A stretch of 64,000 nucleotides of DNA, from the IMG/VR virus record IMGVR_UViG_3300015202_000003, positions 85,413 to 149,412 of that record; one strand, written 5' to 3'. Made by a program: the position numbers and the translations under genes. Below are positions 57,301-64,000 of this stretch, in pieces. The notes under the pieces are model-generated. The model did not search any database and was not told where the DNA came from. It worked only from the letters and a program-made list of their open reading frames with translations. Source of the stretch: a virus. Within the stretch, counting starts at the first letter, position 1; each line of letters opens with the position of its first letter.

Positions 57301-58378
57301 TAAGCATTTGAAAGCTTTAAGTCCAACAGATTTATTGGATTTTCTAAGTTCTGTTGACCAAACAGATCAAGGGCAAAAATATGCTGAATCGACGGCGTTA
57401 CCTTCTTCAAGAAGTTTTGAAACACTAAGTCAGTTTTTAAGTTCTGATTCCTACTCTTATTTACGAGGCTCTTTGGTTTGGGCTGATTTAGAAGTAGATA
57501 GCAGATTTAATAGTATTGAAACTTCTAATTTAGCTTTAGATACTTCAAAAGACAAATTAAGGGATTTGTGTGATTTAGTTTCCTCTCGTTTATCAAATTG
57601 GACTTGTTTACGTTCTGACCCCAACGGCTATTATGCAACCACTTTAGTAGGAACATTAAATGCCAGCGGCCCTAAAATAAAAGAGTTATTTGAATACAAT
57701 TATAATTTGGCATTTAAAGACGCTTCTGTTTCAGACGATAAAAAATTAAAATCCTGTAATTCTTTAATGGTTTTAATTAAGGCTATGCGAGATATGGAAA
57801 AGAGGGTAGAAGATAAAAGAAGAGAAACAACAAATAATATCATTGGCCCAGAAGCAGGTTCAAAATTTTTAAATTTTTATAATCCTTTAAGTGGCATGGA
57901 TGGGGATATGTATGAGATTCCGGATTTGGGAGACTTAAAATTAATACCTGTTTATTGGAAACAACAATATGCTTTAGCGGATTCTTCTGTTAATGAAGGC
58001 GGAAGAATCAATCTAATTAATTCTTTGTCTTTGGAATTTACGAAGTTTTGGAGTTCTAAACCAGAATTTAAAGAAGATCAATGTTTGGCATGGTTAAATT
58101 CTTTGTTAAGTCCAATTCCTCAAGTGGATGTTCAAAAAGATGCAGTGATTTCTTTAACAACAAATCCAGACACGGATATAATTTTTTATAAATTGTCTGA
58201 AGACAGTCAGAAAATTATTTTAACACAGGTTTACGGCGCTAAAGAAGTAGATTCTAAATGGAATGATTTAATTGCTTCTCGAAACCCTGAAGCGCAAAAA
58301 ACAATTTCTACTGGAAATCTTTTCCCAATGGATGAATCTTTTGCGGCCAAGTTAAGAAAGTTTGGTTTTGCGGTTTAG
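54317..58378 (+). CDS. Tandem double MoxR-type AAA+ ATPase
   Basis: Module 1: SNSGMGKS, LFLDE, AATN, ALNRF, FRTWE. Module 2: GSSSLGKS, IYFDEVN, CACN, FGARF, SRSFE. Confidence 0.85.
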   Translation: MIYSSVLPFIEQSKLCGSGFIENFDLTQVYFPLTLTPDLQKVLDSVSYSSSSHNPLVIHVQPLDIYIIDAVDPLFALWQLSKKTSDVTLRRVDYSNVAEQLVYFRDTVENKEKVYIPSHGNTGDVLDIQNCSLILKAKLGQVAEEKDLVSFSLSSEFEVYENLNLEDNQVQIEEHLEELDALAFNLNKEKRKLFKKLNEELSDDEKSLDLSYTGQVNDSSVIMAFLTSYLLEPKNPPKVPMIQSNSGMGKSSIIKSLANKLGFRMVDIRAAFMLPLDFKGLAEVVAEDNQTTTTYAPSAKLLECSDAGIYFARSTVEKIKVLIQDIVETLPKEFSSQNLEQVLKLDVSKEDKTIQDIVSRLKNLAYFQAKYEEKSKRPLLFLDEYTRAIPMIQGAFFEIFTDRKFADQEMTLAKVLAATNFPVGIDPELASNMFPGVGLVENPAALNRFLILNVTENDVIPDWLVWAGQTNKETGKQNIHPSVYKFLQDKKYQIYDFKVVENAFNASIADQDPRPQTKVATTPFPNFRTWEMVSNYLYSEESKMGATAFSSTENVGNELDITSTEDAQVDKDSSTFSPSSPLTYIAKYTAKDRYESGPRTGVIRANSKAREQEEAKKSGLTFEDRGSEVEINSSGEKGVVKSYDVSSEIFDITTSTGDQKVYKKDVTLIHSKDYLLSSSSGLVSYSDSVKDKTSQKLNSKLPVILPTALEKLVGIGASNDFLKSGFYKCNKKLTKPETSMTDVTDAALSSNTPLLLAGSSSLGKSARVYQWAEKNNAEVITILLSQTDPALVMGRPDTVKAIDYMAGSVISSDSKIRNPQTGLYDDKVSVQGMDGKPVEINQTRYAQSNLEKSEPELYHDLAVDFPPALAKSFTTRVPDRKLKSQMEDIIFNKKKTCIIYFDEVNICSTPAVMSAIFECYSDSRVFGIDFSSFKDRVRIVCACNLKGSGVLDLDTAFGARFMTFAKEKYDISDAKAYLNYAETKLEKGEFSPILYKHLKALSPTDLLDFLSSVDQTDQGQKYAESTALPSSRSFETLSQFLSSDSYSYLRGSLVWADLEVDSRFNSIETSNLALDTSKDKLRDLCDLVSSRLSNWTCLRSDPNGYYATTLVGTLNASGPKIKELFEYNYNLAFKDASVSDDKKLKSCNSLMVLIKAMRDMEKRVEDKRRETTNNIIGPEAGSKFLNFYNPLSGMDGDMYEIPDLGDLKLIPVYWKQQYALADSSVNEGGRINLINSLSLEFTKFWSSKPEFKEDQCLAWLNSLLSPIPQVDVQKDAVISLTTNPDTDIIFYKLSEDSQKIILTQVYGAKEVDSKWNDLIASRNPEAQKTISTGNLFPMDESFAAKLRKFGFAV

Positions 58379-58399
58379 AGGGGGGGGTAGGGTTTGTAA

Positions 58400-58448
58400 A
58401 AAGAGGAAGTTGAAATCTTGTTTAATTTCAAATTTCAACTTCCTCTTT
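58400..58448 (+). terminator. Hairpin / putative terminator
   Basis: aaagaggaagttgaaat / atttcaacttcctcttt. Confidence 0.55.
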
Positions 58449-58462
58449 ATTAAAAATAAAAA

Positions 58463-58858
58463 ATGTTACAAGTAGATTTTCTTTCTTATATATTTCTTCG
58501 TTTGGGTTTTTCTGATGAGGTAGCTTATCAAAAGACGTTAAGCGAACAAGACAGGGTTTTAGTTTATATTCCGTTAGATTTTAATTTGTTAGAATCTAAC
58601 TTTCGGGTATGTGAATCTTTAATTTTACAAACTCAGTTTGATTTTGATAAGATTACGTTACCTTATAAATACTTCGATTTCGGTTCAAAGAGTTGGGTAA
58701 ATGTTAAATTAGATTTTGAGTTATTTAAATCTGGTGTGCAATTGGAAGTTACAACCACGTCTGTAGAGGTTAAATCTCCCAGTGGAGTTTTATTGGAGTG
58801 TCCAACTTTTGCATTGAGGGACATCTTTTTACCGGAATATAAAACACAAAATGATTAG
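58463..58858 (+). CDS. Hypothetical protein
   Basis: ATG ORF overlapping the next start. Confidence 0.6.
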   Translation: MLQVDFLSYIFLRLGFSDEVAYQKTLSEQDRVLVYIPLDFNLLESNFRVCESLILQTQFDFDKITLPYKYFDFGSKSWVNVKLDFELFKSGVQLEVTTTSVEVKSPSGVLLECPTFALRDIFLPEYKTQND

Positions 58859-60257
58859 CAACATTTACAAAATGGATGAATTTTTAGAGGGTTTTTCCGT
58901 CCGTCCTATTCCTCCAACTCTTAGCACAAATTTATTGGATATAAATTTAATTTACCCTGTAAAACAAAACGGCGTTCCGGGCATGGCTCAGACCATTATA
59001 GAAGTTAAAAAAAGTTCTGCTTTAAAAACTAATATTTCAACTGCTCAAGTAAATTTTAATAAAGACGGTATTTCAACTTTAGACCCTAATTGGAAAGTAA
59101 ATTCACAGTGGGATTCTTATTCTTCTGTAGGAAAACCTTTAGGAATTAAGAATGAAAAAATTCTTCCGGAGTGCGATGCTTATTCTTTTTGGAAGCAGTG
59201 TGAAAAAGAAATTTACGATACTATTTACATAGCTGCTAAATCTTCTTATTTAGTTTTGATGGGGATTGATAAAACTGTTGTTAAAAGTTCAGGGATGTAT
59301 GCTGCCATTGGGCCTAAACAATCTACTTTAAAAGCGACAGGAAAATATGTTTTTGAAATGGTTTTTAATCCGAGCAATTTATTAAAGGTTGCTTTGGATT
59401 TTTATTTTTATTATCGAGAATATTTTAAAACTTTTAAAGACGCTTTTATTTACACCTATGCTTTTATTTTCATACATGAAACGTTACATCTTTCGATGGA
59501 TCATTTCACGACAAAAAACAAAGACTTACAAGATTTACAAGCTGAGGGCGGGGGAGGTCACATGACAATTAATAAATTAGCGGATATGACAATCAATTTA
59601 AGAACCGCTAAAAGATTAAGTTATTTAACTAAGTCTGTAGCTTTAAGACCGATTGGTTTTTATACTACAAAAACAGAGTTTCATGGTAATGCCAGCTCTA
59701 ATTTTTTTAAGTTTTCTGATTTATCTTCTTTACTTTCAAAAATTTTTGGTTTTTCATTTAGTTTTAGCTCTGTCCCTTCTAATTTAGGAGCCTACGAAAT
59801 TAACCCGACAGATTGGATTAACATGGAACTTACGATAAGTCCTGATTTAGTAGATGATTTTTTTAATTCCAGTTCAACTTCTTTTTTGTCTTTTGCAAAA
59901 AATATAAGAGATTTCTTTTTAATTAATCCCGAAGTGGGGAGTTTAAGTTATGCTCAGAAAAAAGAGAAGGAGATAAAAATTTCTTTAGAGGATTTAGAAC
60001 CTGCTGAAACTTGTGTAGGAGAGATTTTATATTCCGCTAAAGCTGGAAAGGCGTTGGGTGATTTATCAGAAGAAAACTTAGGTAGAATTATATCTATTTG
60101 TTCTGTTCTTTCTTCTGAGAGAGGGAAATTAGTCGGGAATACAGACCCTCAAAAAATAGAAGATTACGGTGATTTGTTATATCAACAAATTGATAAGTTA
60201 AATAAGTTTTTAGTTGGTTTATTTCCTTCTCCGGAAATTTCTTTGGAAACGTCTTAA
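58851..60257 (+). CDS. HExxH metallopeptidase-like protein (MoxR/VWA-associated type)
   Basis: FNP..., FIFIHETLHL..DH, NKLADMTIN. Confidence 0.75.
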   Translation: MISNIYKMDEFLEGFSVRPIPPTLSTNLLDINLIYPVKQNGVPGMAQTIIEVKKSSALKTNISTAQVNFNKDGISTLDPNWKVNSQWDSYSSVGKPLGIKNEKILPECDAYSFWKQCEKEIYDTIYIAAKSSYLVLMGIDKTVVKSSGMYAAIGPKQSTLKATGKYVFEMVFNPSNLLKVALDFYFYYREYFKTFKDAFIYTYAFIFIHETLHLSMDHFTTKNKDLQDLQAEGGGGHMTINKLADMTINLRTAKRLSYLTKSVALRPIGFYTTKTEFHGNASSNFFKFSDLSSLLSKIFGFSFSFSSVPSNLGAYEINPTDWINMELTISPDLVDDFFNSSSTSFLSFAKNIRDFFLINPEVGSLSYAQKKEKEIKISLEDLEPAETCVGEILYSAKAGKALGDLSEENLGRIISICSVLSSERGKLVGNTDPQKIEDYGDLLYQQIDKLNKFLVGLFPSPEISLETS

Positions 60258-60263
60258 AAAATT

Positions 60264-61982
60264 ATGTCAGATCAAGCAACAATTTTAAAAAAAATAGCGG
60301 TTACAAATAAATTCGCAAAAGAAAAATTAACAGGTTTTAAATTTCCTTGGGGTGGAAAGCCTGATCCATTCGCCAGAGTTAATGATTTAGAGGGTGGAGA
60401 TATTACGATTAATTCCGGGGGCGGAGAAGATTCTCCTCCTTCTAATCCTTTGGACAAACAACCTCCTACAAAAAACAAAAATGGAACTGTTACTTTAATG
60501 GGACAGAACAGTTCTTCTCCTCCAAAAACAAAGGGGGAAGAAGAAAGCCCAGAAGACGATGATGCGAAAACTATTGATAAAAGAAATGGTGGCGAACCGG
60601 GACAAGATAACCAAGATAAAAATAATGAAAAAGGAGACGAAAAAGGAGATGAAAAACCACAGGGGGGACAACAAAAACCCCAATCTCAAAATTCTGATTC
60701 TAAAAAAAATTCTGATTCTAAAAAAAATTCTGATTCAGAAGGTAAAAAATCCGATGAGGATATTGAAAATTATTTAGATGAACAGGGTTTAACGGGAAAA
60801 GAAAGAGAAGATAAGAAAAAACAATTAGAAAAAGAACGCGGAAAAGATTCCGAGGAAGAAGATGAGGGTTCAGAAGGAGGGGATGGTGTTTCCGGTTCAA
60901 ATTCTTCTGAAGAAGGAAAACAAAAATCAAATTCTAAACCGGAACAAAAGGGCGGTGATGGGGGAGACACTCAAAATTCTCCGCAACAAGATTCTGGAAA
61001 ACAAGAAGGCAAGGAGAAGGGGACTCCCGGCCAATCTGGTCAAGAGGGCGAAGAAAACACTCCTGACCCAACTTACAGCCCGGAAGATGCCTCTTACGAT
61101 AAAGCGAAAGAAGACGCTAAAAATAGTCCAAGAGATTTTTCTGGTAAGAGCCAAACGGAGGAGCAAAAAGCATCTGAACAATTAATTAGAGATGCTTTAA
61201 AAAAAGCGGACGCAGAAAAGAAAGCGGACAACACTGATGATAACGGAAAACCTGTTGAAAAAGGAAAAGATTTAATAGCGGATTCTTTAAAAGCGGACGG
61301 TGCGGGTGAAATGGTTCCTACTGATAATTCTTCTAATTTAAATTGGAAGTTAAGATTAAGAGATATTTTTAACAAGGGAATTAACTCTGAAATTTATGTA
61401 GATATGACAGAGGTTTCCATTGTTGATAAAAGAGCAGATGGAAATATGAGAGACAAGCCCAAACCTAAAACAGTTGTTTTAATTTGTGATATGTCTGGTT
61501 CGATGGATGAAACTAAATATAAATTAGCTTTTCAACAATTGGATGCTGTTTTACAAGCGTTACCAACCACTTCAGTAAAACCGGAAGTTGTTTTTTATAC
61601 TTCTTACAATAACGCACAAAGCCATTTAATTAAGTTGAGAGGCCCAAGAAAAATATCTGATAAATTAAATAAGATGGTCGGTGCGGGTTCTGGAGAGTTA
61701 ATTGTTTTCAATGAGAAGTTGCCTTATATGTTAACCCCCGATAAAATTGATTTGTTGATGTTTTTTACAGACGGTGAATTTACAGAGTCCCTTCCGGGTA
61801 GTGGATATGGTAGAAAACCTTTAAATGATTATGCTGTAAGAACAATCCGACAGTTGGGAAGAGAGAAAAAATTATTTTGGGTTTTAACTCCCGATGGTGT
61901 TATTGATTCTTCTTATGGAACAAGCATAAAAGAAATAGACCCTTCTGCAAAAGCCCAAAAAAGAGTTGTATGGATGAGATAG
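60264..61982 (+). CDS. VWA-domain protein with long low-complexity N-terminal region
   Basis: LNWK..L..F, MIDAS DMSGSM, FFTDG, FWVL; G/S/E/K/D-rich linker with NSDSKK repeats. Confidence 0.8.
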   Translation: MSDQATILKKIAVTNKFAKEKLTGFKFPWGGKPDPFARVNDLEGGDITINSGGGEDSPPSNPLDKQPPTKNKNGTVTLMGQNSSSPPKTKGEEESPEDDDAKTIDKRNGGEPGQDNQDKNNEKGDEKGDEKPQGGQQKPQSQNSDSKKNSDSKKNSDSEGKKSDEDIENYLDEQGLTGKEREDKKKQLEKERGKDSEEEDEGSEGGDGVSGSNSSEEGKQKSNSKPEQKGGDGGDTQNSPQQDSGKQEGKEKGTPGQSGQEGEENTPDPTYSPEDASYDKAKEDAKNSPRDFSGKSQTEEQKASEQLIRDALKKADAEKKADNTDDNGKPVEKGKDLIADSLKADGAGEMVPTDNSSNLNWKLRLRDIFNKGINSEIYVDMTEVSIVDKRADGNMRDKPKPKTVVLICDMSGSMDETKYKLAFQQLDAVLQALPTTSVKPEVVFYTSYNNAQSHLIKLRGPRKISDKLNKMVGAGSGELIVFNEKLPYMLTPDKIDLLMFFTDGEFTESLPGSGYGRKPLNDYAVRTIRQLGREKKLFWVLTPDGVIDSSYGTSIKEIDPSAKAQKRVVWMR

Positions 61983-62013
61983 GAATTAAGTTAGAAAAAT
62001 TTTAATTTGTAAT

Positions 62014-62051
62014 AAAAACCCTGTTAGATTAAATTTCTAACGGGGTTTTTT
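62014..62051 (+). terminator. Intrinsic terminator
   Basis: aaaaaccctgttaga / tctaacggggttttt plus T-run. Confidence 0.75.
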
Positions 62052-62141
62052 GTTATTTTTTTATTAAAAGTTAAAAATTAAAATTTGAATGCATATAGAA
62101 AAAAGAAATCTTTTTAATTTGTTTTAAAAAGAGTTTTTTTC

Positions 62142-63782
62142 ATGCTTCAAGTCTTAAACGAACAAGTAGGCCACATTACAGAATCTCGCAGGGTATCTAA
62201 GCCCGGAGTGTTGCGTGAAATGGAGGGTATTTTTTCGGTGTCGGATAGAGTTTCTTTGAGTGACAATCGGAACAACCGTTTATATTCAGAAAATTTATTG
62301 AGAAATAAAATTTTAAATTCTCCTCAGACACAGGAGAAGATGAATAAGAAATGTTTGTTAGGGGAAGCGGATCATCCGGCAGATAGATTGGAAGTTCGTA
62401 TTAACGAGGTTTCTCACAGGGTAGCGGAGATGTATTACGAAGACGGCTACATAAAAGGTAGAATAGAAGTATTGGATACACCTTCTGGGAGAATTGTTGA
62501 TACGTTAAGTGAAGCGGGCGTTCAGATTGGGATTTCTTCAAGGGCGGAGGGAAGTTTAAAAGATGAGGGTTCTAAGAAGCGTGTGAATGAGAACGATTAT
62601 TTTTTTCATACATACGATTTAGTTTTGAATCCGGGTTTTGCATCTTCCGTATTAAGTCCGGTGTTGGAATCTGTTGCAGAGAACTCTTCTACTCTAAAAA
62701 CAATGGAAGAGCAAGTAGGAATTTTAATTGAAGAAGAGACAAATTTATCAACTTTAAATGTTTATGAATCTGTTTTACGTTCAATTGGAAGTTCTGTTTT
62801 AAATCCGTTGTTAGAAAAGTTAGAAGAGAAAAAAGATTCGTTACAAGTAAGTTCTCCAAAAGAAATAGAAATTCCGGCTCACACTTTGGGTTTGATTGAA
62901 TCTTTATATCGGGAGCAAAAAGAAAGTAACGAAGAGATAGAATCTTTGCAAAAACAATTGAAACAGAAAAATTTTCAGAACACTTTCTCTGAAGACAAAG
63001 AGCTATTGGCTCAAGAATTAGCTGTTTCAGAAGGTTTCTTAAAAGAAGCTGAACAAGTTAGTTTCCATTTTAAAGAAAAGGTAGAAGAGTTAGAAGAAGA
63101 GTTGGAATCAACTCGGAAGTTTCGTTCACGCAATTTAAATTCTCAAAGAAAAATCAACGAATTAGAAGTTGGTTTAAAAGAAAAAGAAGAGGAGTTAGAA
63201 ATTATTTTCCAAGAGCGAGCAGAGTTGGAAAGCAAATTAGAAGAGAGAAAAAGAGAATTTGAAGAGGGGTTGAACGAATCAAATAGGAACTACGAATTTT
63301 TAGAAAAGAGAAGTTTAATTTTGTTAGAGTTGTTAACAACTCACGAAGAGGATTTCTTGGCTGAGTGTTTAGAGTTTTCTCGCGGTTTGAATGAAAGTTT
63401 AGTAGAGAAATTAAAATCTGGCTCTAAGTTTTTTTACGATACAAAAGAAAATGTTGTAGAAGAGAACAGAAAAACAGTTTCTAATAAAACTACTCTTAAT
63501 CAATTAGAAGAGAACATTGAAGAAAAAACTGTTGAGTCTAATTTTTTGGGCGGGGACAATGTTTTTGAACATGGTTTATCTGATAAGAAACCTTTCAAAA
63601 ATTCTTCTAATTCTAATAAGTTAGAAAAGAAGGGAGTTAAAACCAATCAAATTTTATTTGAATCTCAGCCAGTAAAAGTTGTTAGTTCAAAAGAAGATTT
63701 CCAAGCAGAAAATGCTTTGGGATTACCTTCTGGTCACATGAGTAAGTTTAGTCGTTTATTTACGTCTTTGTCTTCAGGTTAG
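62142..63782 (+). CDS. Prohead protease (T4 gp21-like) with C-terminal coiled-coil, scaffold-like region
   Basis: NRNNRLY, LGEADHP, VSHRV, LDTPSGRI, GISSRAEGS, TYDLV.NP; Glu-rich coiled coil follows. Confidence 0.88.
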   Translation: MLQVLNEQVGHITESRRVSKPGVLREMEGIFSVSDRVSLSDNRNNRLYSENLLRNKILNSPQTQEKMNKKCLLGEADHPADRLEVRINEVSHRVAEMYYEDGYIKGRIEVLDTPSGRIVDTLSEAGVQIGISSRAEGSLKDEGSKKRVNENDYFFHTYDLVLNPGFASSVLSPVLESVAENSSTLKTMEEQVGILIEEETNLSTLNVYESVLRSIGSSVLNPLLEKLEEKKDSLQVSSPKEIEIPAHTLGLIESLYREQKESNEEIESLQKQLKQKNFQNTFSEDKELLAQELAVSEGFLKEAEQVSFHFKEKVEELEEELESTRKFRSRNLNSQRKINELEVGLKEKEEELEIIFQERAELESKLEERKREFEEGLNESNRNYEFLEKRSLILLELLTTHEEDFLAECLEFSRGLNESLVEKLKSGSKFFYDTKENVVEENRKTVSNKTTLNQLEENIEEKTVESNFLGGDNVFEHGLSDKKPFKNSSNSNKLEKKGVKTNQILFESQPVKVVSSKEDFQAENALGLPSGHMSKFSRLFTSLSSG

Positions 63783-63804
63783 AAAAGCATTTCAAAAAAT
63801 TTTT

Positions 63805-64000
63805 ATGAACACCCTTGATGGAACACCTTTAATGGAAAATGCGCGTCGGGACAATACCGAGCGTCTTTTTGAAACATGGACTCCTTACCTTTCAAAAGTT
63901 ATGGAGCATCGCCCTAATCTTTCAGAGCTTGCGGCTTACAACTTAGCCCAAGTTTTAGAAAACACTCGTTCTTTATTTTCTGGCGCCAATCGCGGAAGAG
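63805..64000 (+). CDS. Major capsid protein (T4 gp23-like), 5' part only; not in ORF track
   Basis: MNTLDGTPLME..LFETWTPYL..LAQVLENT resembles the gp23 delta-region L..KW.P.L / A...EN pattern; follows the protease. Confidence 0.7.
   Translation, partial: MNTLDGTPLMENARRDNTERLFETWTPYLSKVMEHRPNLSELAAYNLAQVLENTRSLFSGANRGR

Noticed and set aside
58380-58392. G-run after the AAA+ gene as a G-quadruplex or phase-variation tract
   Set aside because: Intergenic, only one long run plus GGG, and no evidence of function.
1-64000. Minus-strand and nested alternative-frame ORFs in the track (e.g. 446..649, 6919..7137, 21851..22147, 60272..61375)
   Set aside because: They overlap well-supported + strand genes, lack motifs, and are expected shadows of biased or low-complexity coding sequence.
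1-64000. CRISPR array
   Set aside because: No run of three or more regularly spaced repeats was seen; the only repeat-spacer-repeat is the two-copy 12-mer after tnpB.
1-64000. Stop-codon reassignment
   Set aside because: TerL, portal, ThyX, the AAA+ protein and the protease are full length in the standard code, and TAA, TAG and TGA all end plausible genes.

Overview
An AT-rich segment of a large tailed phage genome with T4-type head genes; all credible genes are on the + strand. The first ~29 kb holds early/middle genes: a split SbcC/Rad50 plus SbcD, two GH46 chitosanase-family hydrolases, ThyX with two inteins, an RNA ligase, many small ORFs, a GC-richer island with an intact IS200/IS605-family tnpB element, RlpA, a tRNA-like RNA, a TOPRIM primase-like protein and a sigma-factor-like protein. 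The rest (~29.9-64 kb) is head morphogenesis: TerL with two inteins, portal with one intein, a tandem MoxR AAA+/HExxH/VWA trio, a prohead protease-scaffold protein and the start of the major capsid gene. The best candidate for an undescribed system is a family of eight proteins flanking terL. They share a ~15-aa tag (h-[IV]-F-x-x-x-[NS]-x-P-x-x-[EKG]-G-[IL]-R), a downstream [LI]-x-E site of the kind cut by T4-type prohead proteases, one of two shared adaptor domains, and variable cargo (three ADP-ribosyltransferase-like domains, hydrophobic hairpins). I interpret them as modular capsid-packaged, injected effectors. Also notable are stand-alone TnpB omegaRNA copies, a TCTTCG-loop hairpin family upstream of genes, and a hidden frameshift. 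All family assignments come from motif recognition by eye; no database searches were run.
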